A stretch of DNA of 35,939 nucleotides, from NCBI GenBank assembly GCA_963721455.1, contig CAVRJG010000016.1:1-35939 (forward strand), in the 5' to 3' direction. Shown piece by piece: positions 9,408 to 18,577 of this stretch; within the stretch, counting starts at the first letter, position 1, and every line of letters begins with the position of its first letter. The translations under genes were made by a program, and so were the position numbers. This DNA comes from an uncultured Methanosarcinaceae archaeon. Lineage in GTDB: Archaea; Halobacteriota; Methanosarcinia; Methanosarcinales; Methanosarcinaceae. Below the pieces are notes generated by a model. It did no database searches. It was not told where the DNA came from and saw only the letters and a list, made by a program, of their open reading frames with translations.

Positions 9408-10302
9408 ATGAACGTTTCTATCAGATTAGAAGAAGAAAAGGACTTCAAAAGTGTAGAATACATGACAAGAGAAGCATTCTGGGATTTATACAAACCAGGA
9501 TGTGATGAACATCTTGTAGTGCATAAAATAAGAAAAGTACCTGCATTTGTAAAAGAATTGGATTTTATCCTACTTTCGGCAGGTCGACGTTTAATTTTTG
9601 ATAATTTTACTGATGGCGATTTTGAAATAATGCTCCTTACTTGTGTGTAATTGATAGGTTTACATATGACCAATTATTAATTTCTCATACTAAACTTTAA
9701 TGAAAAAATGATTTAGTATTTATATATGCTGTGGGAGTTGAGCCACCTGTTAACCAGCTTTAAACCTAATCTATAGTTAGTGAATGTTCAAAAACGGCAT
9801 CAAGAAAAATATTCTAATTTTTAATGTCGACCTGCCGAAAGTAGGTTTTATTGCATGTGATAAGGATACAATCGTCGGCAATATTATCTATTCAAGAGCT
9901 AAGGTCCTAAATGAGGAAAATAAAGAATTCGAAGTTTTATGTATGGGCCCATTTGCAGTATTGCCATCATATCAAAAGCAGGGAATTGGTTCTTTATTAA
10001 TGAATCATTCTATCGAAAAAGCAAGGCAGCTGGGATATAAGGGTATAATTATTTTTGGAAATCCCGACTATTATCATCGTTTTGGTTTTGTCAATGCTAA
10101 AGAATATAATATCCAGACATCCTGGGGTGATGATTTTGATGCATTTATGGCATTGGAACTCTACGATGGTAGCTTGAGGGGCATTTCAGGAAAATTTAAT
10201 GAGGACGAGGTTTTTAAAATAGAAAATGAGGAGCTGGAGGATTTTGAAAAGCAATTTCCCTACAAAGAGAAGCATGTTACGGACACTCAATTAAAACTAT
10301 GA
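9408..10302 (+). pseudogene. GNAT-family N-acetyltransferase (YhbS-like) interrupted by MITE copy 3
   Basis: Removing 9569-9851 restores …VKELDFIACDKDTIVGNI… as a 203-aa ORF with the acetyl-CoA motif AVLPSYQKQGIGSLL and GNPDYYHRFGF. Confidence 0.9.
9569..9845 (+). mobile_element. 277-bp MITE, copy 3
   Basis: Same sequence and TIRs as the other copies; 6-bp duplication ttttat (9563-9568 / 9846-9851). Confidence 0.93.
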
Positions 10303-10421
10303 ATAAAAGAGGACTTTGCCTTACATGTCGCAGTTTGATTGAAGGATAAGGAGTTTAGAATCCCACCCTCGCACTTAAATTTTGTGTCGTCTATCTTATA
10401 ATTTTTTCAGTGCGTCTTCTT

Positions 10422-10658
10422 CTAGGGGGTCACGGTACCCGGACTGGTCCCTGGCAGGGCTATGCTGTCCCAAAGCCGGTCCGATTCGAGCCTGTCTTCT
10501 TCGGTTAAGGGGGGCGCTTGACTGAAGATTACACCCTCGCTGGTCGCTATAAACCGCCGCCTTGGGTCGTCTGGGTGCAGGTCTATGCCTTCCCCGTCCG
10601 GTTCTGCCATTCTGGGCCACATCTTATCCATTGCAGCCTGATATTCTTCGTAAGTCAT
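10422..10658 (-). CDS. Hypothetical acidic protein in a GC-rich patch (possibly 5'-truncated)
   Basis: 78-aa ORF with protein-like composition; the frame stays open upstream (IVKTGISDEQKARRPKSDPKWVDPDG) without a start codon. Confidence 0.35.
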   Translation of the reverse strand: MTYEEYQAAMDKMWPRMAEPDGEGIDLHPDDPRRRFIATSEGVIFSQAPPLTEEDRLESDRLWDSIALPGTSPGTVTP

Positions 10659-10920
10659 GCCGTCTGGGTCTACCCATTTGGGGTCGGATTTGGGCCGCCT
10701 GGCTTTCTGCTCATCACTTATGCCGGTTTTTACGATTTTTGATATGTCAAAACCTCTTATATTATGTACTCTGCCTGTCTATATATATTCAATCTTCATT
10801 AAATTTCACTGAAAACTATAACAAATGCCCTTCTCCGTGGGGAGCTTGCTCTCAGGCTCTAACAGCCTCCCATTATCAGCCAGTTGTTTATTATTTAACC
10901 AGTGAGAGAGAATAATATAA

Positions 10921-10943
10921 AGAAGGCTAATTCGAAGCCTTCT
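10921..10943. terminator. Short intergenic hairpin, possible terminator
   Basis: agaaggct-aattcga-agccttct, an 8-bp stem followed by a short T tract. Confidence 0.3.
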
Positions 10944-11079
10944 ACCTTTTAACTTGACATTGTCAAATTAACTCATTTTTGCAGGTATCGCAACCTATTT
11001 CCACCCAAATTTACACCCTTTTGAAAATTTTGGTCGTTCACTGATACGTGATTGATGTTTTCATGACGTTCTCTTCAGC

Positions 11080-11538
11080 ATGGCTTTTGCGTGCGTTTAT
11101 TTGCTCGTACAGCAGGATGAACACAGTAACGCCAAAAATGCGGGAACAGAAAGAGCAGAAACTGGATTTCGATTAGTTTGGGATAATTATCAATCGACTA
11201 CTTGTGGACTACCCAACCTTAAAGAATTCAAAAAAACCTACACCTCAATTCTGAAGGATAAAAAGTCCCTTACAAAGAATGTGTGCCTCGCAGTGCTCAT
11301 GTACTCATTCATTTATTCCAAATCATACGTCCTCTTTCCCAGTATTGGATATGATATTTCCATCCTCCAGCTGGTGTCCCTGTCCCTTATACTCTGGATT
11401 ATCTCTGTGGTCCCTACTCCGGGAGGATTTGGGTTTAAAGAAATTGTGATGATAGGCATGTATACCATGGTGAGAGTTCCCATCAATATTGCAGCTATTG
11501 TTTCTGTATTGACAGAATTATTTATTTGTTTTTTGTGA
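11080..11538 (+). pseudogene. C-terminal fragment of a lysylphosphatidylglycerol-synthase TM (flippase-like, UPF0104) protein
   Basis: VVPTPGGFGFKE motif and hydrophobic helices; about half the usual length, and the N-terminus is not family-like. Confidence 0.6.
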
Positions 11539-11953
11539 GTGCCATCTCATATTTGTCCATTGGCATTATGAGAATCTTCCATATAAGCCAGAAGCGATAC
11601 AGGATATAGATATTATCTAATGATAGATGAGTGAGCCTTGCAGTGTTATGCGGTATATTGGACGTGGTGGCGCGCAAACAAACCGGAAAAGGCTCTTGCA
11701 TGAAGCGGCACACTATTACAAACGGAACCTTTGGAAGAACAATGAATGCTGGGTAATCACATCATCAAAGTAGGCAAAAGTATAAAGGGAGAGTTCACCG
11801 TTATAAGCGATTACTAACTTTTAAGCAGTAAATTAATCTTAACTTTTCTGAAGTTGTGCTTATAGCTCTTAATTGTTTTTAATATGTCTTAAATATATGA
11901 ATATGAAAAAGCAATTAAGTAGCTTTTTCAGAAAAATCACGGAAAGTCTAACT

Positions 11954-13162
11954 ATGAATAATTTTAAAAAACTAGGTCTCAGTAATGCTGTTTTGAAATC
12001 AATAGATGAACATGGCTTTGAAAGCCCTACAGCAGTACAGGAAAAATCAATTCCCCTAATACTTGCTGGGGAAGATGTTATAGCCGGAGCCGCAACAGGT
12101 TCCGGAAAAACACTCGCATTTGCTTCCGGCATATTACAAAATTCCGAAAAAGGAAAAGGAATTCAGGCTTTGATCCTGACTCCTACAAGAGAACTGGCGG
12201 AGCAAGTAGCAAATTCTTTCAGGAAATTCTCAAAATACGACCCGTTAAATATCGCATCTATCTATGGCGGTGTAGGGATCAATCCACAAATTAAAGAATT
12301 AAAGAATGCCGAGGTTGTTGTGGGAACACCCGGTAGGCTACTCGATCATATCAGCAGAAATACCATCAAATTCAATAATGTGAAAACCCTTGTCCTTGAT
12401 GAGGCAGACCATATGTTTGATATGGGATTCAAAGTGGATGTAGAAAAAATTATCAAGGAATGTCCTCAAAACAGGCAGACCCTTTTGTTCTCTGCGACCA
12501 TTACAAAAGATATTGTCCGGCTTTCCCGCAAGTACATGGAAAACCCGGTTCGAGTATCAGCAGAGTCTTATGTCGACCCGCAAAAATTGAATCAGGTCGT
12601 TTATAAAGTACAGGATGACATGAAATTATCTCTGCTCGTGTACCTTCTACAAAATGAGAAGTCAAACCTCGGGATGGTTTTCTGCAACACAAAAAGAAAC
12701 ACTGACAAAGTCGCAAAAAACCTTAGAAAATCAGGTATCAATGCCGTGGCAATTCATAGCGGATTGACACAGAACGAACGAACTCGCATAATGGAAAAAT
12801 TCCATTCCGGGAACATAGGTGTCCTTGTATGCACAGATGTAGCCGGAAGAGGACTTGATATACAGGGTGTTTCCCATGTTTATAATTATGATATTCCCAG
12901 GGAGAGTAAACAGTATATTCACAGGATTGGAAGAACTGCACGAGCAGGAACAGAAGGAAAAGCGATAAATATCCTTTCCATAAGTGACCATGCTAATTTC
13001 ATGAGTGTGCTGAAAGACAATGATGTAGATATTAAGGAACAGGCACTACCTGCTCTGAAGAAGGTTGTAATTGAAAGACCGGAAATAAGATTGCCAAAGC
13101 CGGTAAATAGGATGAACAACCCCTCCAGAAAAGGTCATAAATCGAGGCACAAAAACTATTAG
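11954..13162 (+). CDS. DEAD-box ATP-dependent RNA helicase
   Basis: Q motif (F..LGL…GFESPTAVQ), ATGSGKT, PTRELA, TPGRLLD, DEAD, SAT, GRGLD and HRIGRTAR. Likely start is MNNFKKL at 11954. Confidence 0.97.
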   Translation: MNNFKKLGLSNAVLKSIDEHGFESPTAVQEKSIPLILAGEDVIAGAATGSGKTLAFASGILQNSEKGKGIQALILTPTRELAEQVANSFRKFSKYDPLNIASIYGGVGINPQIKELKNAEVVVGTPGRLLDHISRNTIKFNNVKTLVLDEADHMFDMGFKVDVEKIIKECPQNRQTLLFSATITKDIVRLSRKYMENPVRVSAESYVDPQKLNQVVYKVQDDMKLSLLVYLLQNEKSNLGMVFCNTKRNTDKVAKNLRKSGINAVAIHSGLTQNERTRIMEKFHSGNIGVLVCTDVAGRGLDIQGVSHVYNYDIPRESKQYIHRIGRTARAGTEGKAINILSISDHANFMSVLKDNDVDIKEQALPALKKVVIERPEIRLPKPVNRMNNPSRKGHKSRHKNY

Positions 13163-14115
13163 ACACCGTTCGTCTGTGCATTGCAATATAACTAACCATT
13201 GATCGATTGGTATCGGCAGGAGCAATGGACTGCTCCTGTAAAACCCAGGCACGAGAATAAGAACGACGGCCAGTTCGTGCCACTACGATGTCAAAATGCA
13301 CCCTTCCGATGCCTTCGGACCAATGGGCAGAGGTCGTTGACTGCGGGGTGGGAGATTTTATTCTAAAATCAAATTGCGTGCGGCCACCCCACCCTAAACA
13401 GGCTGCCCGATAATGACCTCCAGTAATAACTGAATTCCTTCTTCTCCAATTTAAAAGCCTTAAATGCCTTTTTTACCATCTTTTTAGGGACCTATAGTGA
13501 ATAGAAAATACAGACTTTTACTCTGTTGCCAGAACTTCCACCACGACTTTATTTCCGTGCTCTTCGGAATTAACTTAATATTTAACCAACTCTCCCATAA
13601 AGTCAAAAACCGGACCCTAGAACTCGATTGACTCAAAGCCGCGCCGAATTATATTATAGAGTTTTGAGGTTCCAGCCGGTGGTGGAGACAATTTTCCTTT
13701 AGGTTTTATCCCATGCGCTCCCTGTTTAATTAGTTTTTATTATTCCTGAATAGCCGTAATTGCATCTCTAATTCTTTTTTTCCACGCGCCGCGCCCCGCT
13801 TGAACCCGCCTGCGTACAGTAGATAAAAATGAAATCATTATCCGCGCTGGGAGTCTGAACTAAAATAAAAGTTAATTATCTTTTTAGAAAGAGTCGCAAA
13901 AACGGTATATATTATGCATTTGTTCTTGGGGTTATCGAAGGGAAAATATAGGGCTTCAAAATATAGGGTTATTCGATACTGTTTTTTCAAAAGCATTACA
14001 TAGTATTTGGAACGAAACTGAAGTCAAACATATAGCAGGGTTTATCCAATACCGATTTTAAAAGACGACTAAATAAGGGGCTGTTTGATATGAGGGAGTA
14101 TGTCTGACTTTAAAG

Positions 14116-14315
14116 ATGAATTTACAGATTCAATTATCTCGATTTTTCCTGAATCTTCTAATTATCCTTCTCATTGTAGGCATAGTGGTAGTGCTGCTGA
14201 ATAGGTCCGGCTATGCAGTTCCAAGGGATAATGAACGAATTGTGAAAATGGAAAAAGACATCGAAGAAATAAAAAAACAGTGGAAGATATAAAATCCAAA
14301 CTGGAAGAAATCTAA
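14116..14315 (+). CDS. Small single-pass membrane protein with coiled-coil tail (stop at 14292; probable 1-nt frameshift in an A7 run)
   Basis: MNLQIQLSRFFLNLLIILLIVGIVVVLLNRSGY…MEKDIEEIKK. One extra A at 14271-14277 continues the heptad as TVEDIKSKLEEI* (TAA 14313-14315). Below the ORF-track cutoff. Confidence 0.6.
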
Positions 14316-14387
14316 AGCTTAATATGCCTTGATTGGTTCAAATATCTCCAGAAAAAGTAACTCCAGAAGTTTATGAGGACACTCAGG

Positions 14388-14681
14388 ATGGTAAAATCAC
14401 TTCAAGAAATGGTGGAAATTGGCGAGGCTCTCTCCCATCCTGTAAGGCTAAAGCTGCTCTACCTGTTGTCCGAGAGGGAGAGGTACGTATACGAACTCGC
14501 CAAAGACCTGAACCTCTCAAGGCAGGTGGTAAACCTTCATTTAAAGCGCCTGGAAAAAGCCGGATTTGTTGAAAGTGATCTCAGGCTTGAGGATGACGAT
14601 ATGCGGGCCAAGAAATTTTTCAAGCTAAAAGCGTTTGAAGTTTCTTTATCTATCGAAGATCTGAAGCGGATTTTTGAATAA
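14388..14681 (+). CDS. ArsR/SmtB-type winged-HTH transcriptional regulator
   Basis: EALSHPVRLKLL…YVYELAKDLNLSRQVVNLHLKRLEKAGFV. An alternative start is at 14373. Confidence 0.9.
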   Translation: MVKSLQEMVEIGEALSHPVRLKLLYLLSERERYVYELAKDLNLSRQVVNLHLKRLEKAGFVESDLRLEDDDMRAKKFFKLKAFEVSLSIEDLKRIFE

Positions 14682-14933
14682 ACCCGGGATTCTTTCACCG
14701 AATTTCCATATATAACGTTTTTAAATGCTTATTCCTCATTTCTCTTTATTTTCATTGCTTTAAGATTTCATTGTTTTAACTATAGTACTCTCAACTATTT
14801 TCTCCTTAATTATTTCGTTTTTCTTTTTCTATTACCTGAATAAATATGTAAATCTCAGCCCCTGGCTCTCAGGCCCGGGAAATTTTCAACAGGCATATAT
14901 TCAGGCGCATCATAGTATTCTTCGGGGATTGGT

Positions 14934-15809
14934 ATGGTTAGTGCGGTTAATGAGAGCCTGGAGCTTTCGGAATATATTCTCGGAGAAATGCTCGGTTTGT
15001 ATCGGGATATCAGGGACCTGTCTGATGAAGAAATCCTGTACTGCTCTTCGGACCGGAATGGGAAACTGTTCCTGAAACTGAATTCTTTAATTACCCTGGA
15101 TTTAGACAGTGACATAGCCTGCACTCTCCTGAATAAACGGGAACTGGAACCGGTTTTCACTCACATGAACAGGTTTAGAAACCTGTATACAGTGAGGCTG
15201 GAAACCGAGTATGCAAACGAAATCCTTGCAAGCCAGTCGCCCTGGAATGTCCTTGAGGAATTTCCCTTTTACAGAAATTACCTCAAGCTGGTCCGTACGG
15301 AATACGAAGGCTTCGGGCTAAAAGCCGGGGACAGGGTTTTTTTTCTTGGGAGCGGGCCTCTTCCTCTGACCCTTATTGTTTTCCTCAAGCACCACAGGGT
15401 AAAGGGCACAGGGATAGAACAGGACCCCGCAAGGGCAAGGCTCTCAAGGAAAGCACTTGATAAGCTCGGGCTTTCGGATGACATCACTATAATTAACGGA
15501 AATCATTTCTCTCTGAATTCAACTGATTTCATAAATCCTGAAAAAGGCACCAGGGCTCTCATGATAGCTGCCCAGGCCGAACCTAAAAAAGAAATTCTCG
15601 ATCATTTATTAAAAATAATACCTGCCGGATTCAGGATTTCTTACAGGATTTATGAGAAAGGATTAATGAAATTGCTGAATATGGGCTTTCTGCTTGATTT
15701 GCCTGAAGGTTATAATGAACACAAAAGAATCCGGCCCGAGCCTCCTGCCTATAATACAGTCGTATTTCTGGAGAAAAAAGATAGCTGCTCCGGAGGTCCG
15801 GAGCAATAA
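14934..15809 (+). CDS. Nicotianamine synthase family protein (SAM-dependent aminocarboxypropyl transferase)
   Basis: FPFYRNYLKLVRTEY, FLGSGPLPLT and AAQAEPK motifs typical of NAS/archaeal MtNAS. Confidence 0.85.
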   Translation: MVSAVNESLELSEYILGEMLGLYRDIRDLSDEEILYCSSDRNGKLFLKLNSLITLDLDSDIACTLLNKRELEPVFTHMNRFRNLYTVRLETEYANEILASQSPWNVLEEFPFYRNYLKLVRTEYEGFGLKAGDRVFFLGSGPLPLTLIVFLKHHRVKGTGIEQDPARARLSRKALDKLGLSDDITIINGNHFSLNSTDFINPEKGTRALMIAAQAEPKKEILDHLLKIIPAGFRISYRIYEKGLMKLLNMGFLLDLPEGYNEHKRIRPEPPAYNTVVFLEKKDSCSGGPEQ

Positions 15810-15813
15810 TGTA

Positions 15814-16668
15814 TTATTTTTCCCTGACCTGAATCTGGACCTCAGTAATAAGTTCCTCCTCAGGAACTTCTGCAGGGTCATTGAAATACAGTTCCCTGCT
15901 CGGGCCGAAAGGTTCAAGATTGTTTTCTTCGGCATATGAGAAAACCCGGTTGTAGCCGGCTTCAACTCCCTGATACGGTCCCCGGTAGACAGCAGAAATT
16001 GCCTTTATAGCCGGCAGGGTTTTTATTTCCATTTTCGGGTCTTCTACTGAAATCCTTCCCGATACCGGAAGGTCGATCTCGATGTCAGCCCCGGTTTCTT
16101 TGTATTCTTCGTCATGGCAGAGGAACATAATAGGGCCTGTAACTTTTACCCGGTTCCGCTGGTTTTCAGGGCTGCTGACGCATGCGCAGATTTCACCTAT
16201 GAGTTTTCCAATAGTTGCTGTAAAAGTTCCTTTTTCACGCTTGCTTATTACTCGCATCTCGGGTATTTCCTTAATAACGGGTTCTGTAACAGACATTTTG
16301 AATAACTCCATAACTTTTCCATTATGTTTGCAGGCGCCCTGCAAGATCCCTTCGATCCTTTGCAGCCGTCCAATTTCCAGCCGGGTCTGCTCAAGTTTCT
16401 TTCTGAAGCCTGCTCCTATATACTCGTAATTTCCCCTGCTTTCCGCGTCCAGAAGCCTGGAAACCTCCTCTAAGGAAAAACCAAGAAAGGTAAGCGTTTT
16501 GATTTTCATTCCCTGCTCCAGCTGGGAAACGGTGTAGTACCGATATCCGGTAAAAGGGTCCTTTGCTTCCGGAACAAGCAGCCCTTTTCGGTCGTAGAGC
16601 CTGAGAGCTTTTTGCGAGAGGCGGGTCATGAAGGAAAACTTACCGATTGGGATCTGATCTACTGGCAT
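15814..16668 (-). CDS. MerR-family regulator with GyrI-like effector domain
   Basis: IGKFS…LSQKALRLYDRKGLLVP…TGYRYY HTH and C-terminal YRGPY…RELYFNDP…TEVQI. ATG at 16668 (TTG 16677 also possible). Confidence 0.92.
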   Translation of the reverse strand: MPVDQIPIGKFSFMTRLSQKALRLYDRKGLLVPEAKDPFTGYRYYTVSQLEQGMKIKTLTFLGFSLEEVSRLLDAESRGNYEYIGAGFRKKLEQTRLEIGRLQRIEGILQGACKHNGKVMELFKMSVTEPVIKEIPEMRVISKREKGTFTATIGKLIGEICACVSSPENQRNRVKVTGPIMFLCHDEEYKETGADIEIDLPVSGRISVEDPKMEIKTLPAIKAISAVYRGPYQGVEAGYNRVFSYAEENNLEPFGPSRELYFNDPAEVPEEELITEVQIQVREK

Positions 16669-16878
16669 CTTGCTCAATCCACTAATTGTCCTGAAATTAG
16701 ATAAACCGCCTTACTTTTCCCCGGGGGAGACTTCCGCATGAACGAGAGTAAAAGGTATATTGTCGGAAGTCTAAGTTATATTCTGATCTTCGACTAAAAA
16801 ATTAAAATGTACTGTGATTTTTACCGGGGTTATTGAAACATATTTTCACGTTTTCAGAGAAATGGGGGGACAAATAAC

Positions 16879-17682
16879 TTGCTGGATAGTGAAATAAAGA
16901 ATCTCAGGCATCCTGCTGAAATACCTCTTTTTGTTATCTGTCTGCTGGTCAGCATTTTTATTTATATCACGTTAATGACGGTTCCGATTTTGTATCCCGA
17001 AGAACTCGGGATCGAGTATGTACTGGTAGTTCCGGCAGCGATTGCTTTTCTTTCATTCGTTTCCGGGCAAACCTACGGGGGGATGATGGCAAACGCGATC
17101 AAGCTCTCAGAAAAACAGTTTCCTGAACTCTACGATGTCATAAAACGCCTTTCCTCTGAGTTGAACCTTAATGAAGTTCCTGACGCTTTTTTGATCCAGG
17201 AAGGCGGGCTGATAAACGCTTTTGCTACCCGACTGTATTTCAGGAGAAATTACGTAGTTTTTTATGCGGATGTAGTTGAGGTCGCATACCGGGAAGGGGA
17301 TTTTGATTCTCTGGAATTCATAGTCGCCCACGAACTGGCTCACATAAAGGCAGGTCATGTGACCCTGCTCTATAACCTTTCAATCTTTCCAATTGCCTTT
17401 GTTCCTGTCCTCAAGAACCTCTTGTGGACTGCACTGAGCAGGGCAAGGGAATACACTTCAGACAGGATTGCAATCCAGCTTGCCCCTTCAGGCAAAAACG
17501 GACTTATAGTTCTCTCCGCAGGCGAGCACCTTTATAGGGATGTAAATTACGAGGAATACCTGGAAACAGCAAGGACTCCTGAAGGGTTCTGGATCTGGTC
17601 AACTAATTTGCTTTCAACGCATCCTGCTCTGGTCAGAAGGGTAAAGGCAGTCAATGAAGACAGGCCAGGAAAAATCTTTTGA
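16879..17682 (+). CDS. M48-family membrane zinc metalloprotease (HtpX-like)
   Basis: INAFA, AHELAH, SRAREYTSD and STHP motifs, with TM segments. Confidence 0.9.
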   Translation: MLDSEIKNLRHPAEIPLFVICLLVSIFIYITLMTVPILYPEELGIEYVLVVPAAIAFLSFVSGQTYGGMMANAIKLSEKQFPELYDVIKRLSSELNLNEVPDAFLIQEGGLINAFATRLYFRRNYVVFYADVVEVAYREGDFDSLEFIVAHELAHIKAGHVTLLYNLSIFPIAFVPVLKNLLWTALSRAREYTSDRIAIQLAPSGKNGLIVLSAGEHLYRDVNYEEYLETARTPEGFWIWSTNLLSTHPALVRRVKAVNEDRPGKIF

Positions 17683-17809
17683 GGCCTCTTCGTCTGCCAG
17701 GTGAGCATTAAAAGTGAAAGTTATTGGAAACCGATAGCTGCAAATCTGATCTTCTCAAAACCTGCATCGAAATAGGATTATGAAGGGGGAAGCAGGATAT
17801 TATCAGGGG

Positions 17810-18171
17810 AGTAAAAATTACGGCGAATACAAAAGCTCCGAAATTTATCGGATTACTTGTAATTGGGCTAATTATGCTCGCAGCCGCAGGTTGTGTTGAG
17901 ACTCCAGATTCAGGGAAAGAGCCAACTGCATACTTGGCCTACGACAGGCTGGCAAACATCAACTCCTGAGCAGCAGGGGACGGACTCGGAAAAATTGGCT
18001 GAGGCTCTTGATTTCCTCCAGGAAGAGGACGTTAACATCCACAGCTTGTTGATTATACGCAATGGATACATCGTTGCTGATGTTGCGAATGTTGATGCGA
18101 AGAAAGAGGCAATGACCCTGGAAGATCTTCTTACCATGAGGTCGGGCTTTGAATGCGTTAGAGCCAGATGA
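17810..18171 (+). pseudogene. Serine hydrolase (beta-lactamase/NylB-like) lipoprotein remnant
   Basis: Lipobox LIMLAAAGC, frameshift into WPTTGWQTSTPEQQG…HSLLIIRNGYIV, then directly to TLEDLLTMRSG. The SxxK segment is deleted and the gene is truncated; the 5' limit is approximate. Confidence 0.75.
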
Positions 18172-18283
18172 GATTACTTTATCCCAGATATATCAGCTGC
18201 TTAAGGAAAGAACCGAGGAGCCAGATAAATAAGATATCCAATGAGTAAGATATGAGCTTACATATGAGCATATAAATGTACAT

Positions 18284-18519
18284 CCTGCATTCGGCAGGTC
18301 GACATTAGATTTTGAGAATTTTTAATGATGGTGTTTTCAAACATTATGTAAATACATAGTGGGTTTGAAACTGGTTAACATCTGCCCCAAATCTCACGGC
18401 GTATATAAGCAATGAACCATTTTTGCAAGAATGTTCAGTATCAGGGAGAATGTGTTTTCCAGCAAAAACGCAATCAGTAAAAATATTACGAAAAAAGCAA
18501 GTTACCTGCCGAAAGCAGG
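18284..18519 (-). mobile_element. Diverged 236-bp relative of the 277-bp MITE, opposite orientation
   Basis: Ends cctgcattcggcaggtcgac / acctgccgaaagcagg, 6-bp duplication gtacat (18278-18283 / 18520-18525), and an interior that aligns by eye to the reverse complement of the 277-bp MITE. Confidence 0.85.
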
Positions 18520-18577
18520 GTACATAATTTGAGGACTATAAATAGCTTTAAATTATTATCCGCCTAATACCTGCAAA

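Noticed and set aside
6994-9673. ORFs 6994..7194(-) and 9302..9673(-) starting MVICKPINYTQ
   Set aside because: The identical N-termini come from the MITE sequence, and the rest is antisense to IS ends or the GNAT gene.
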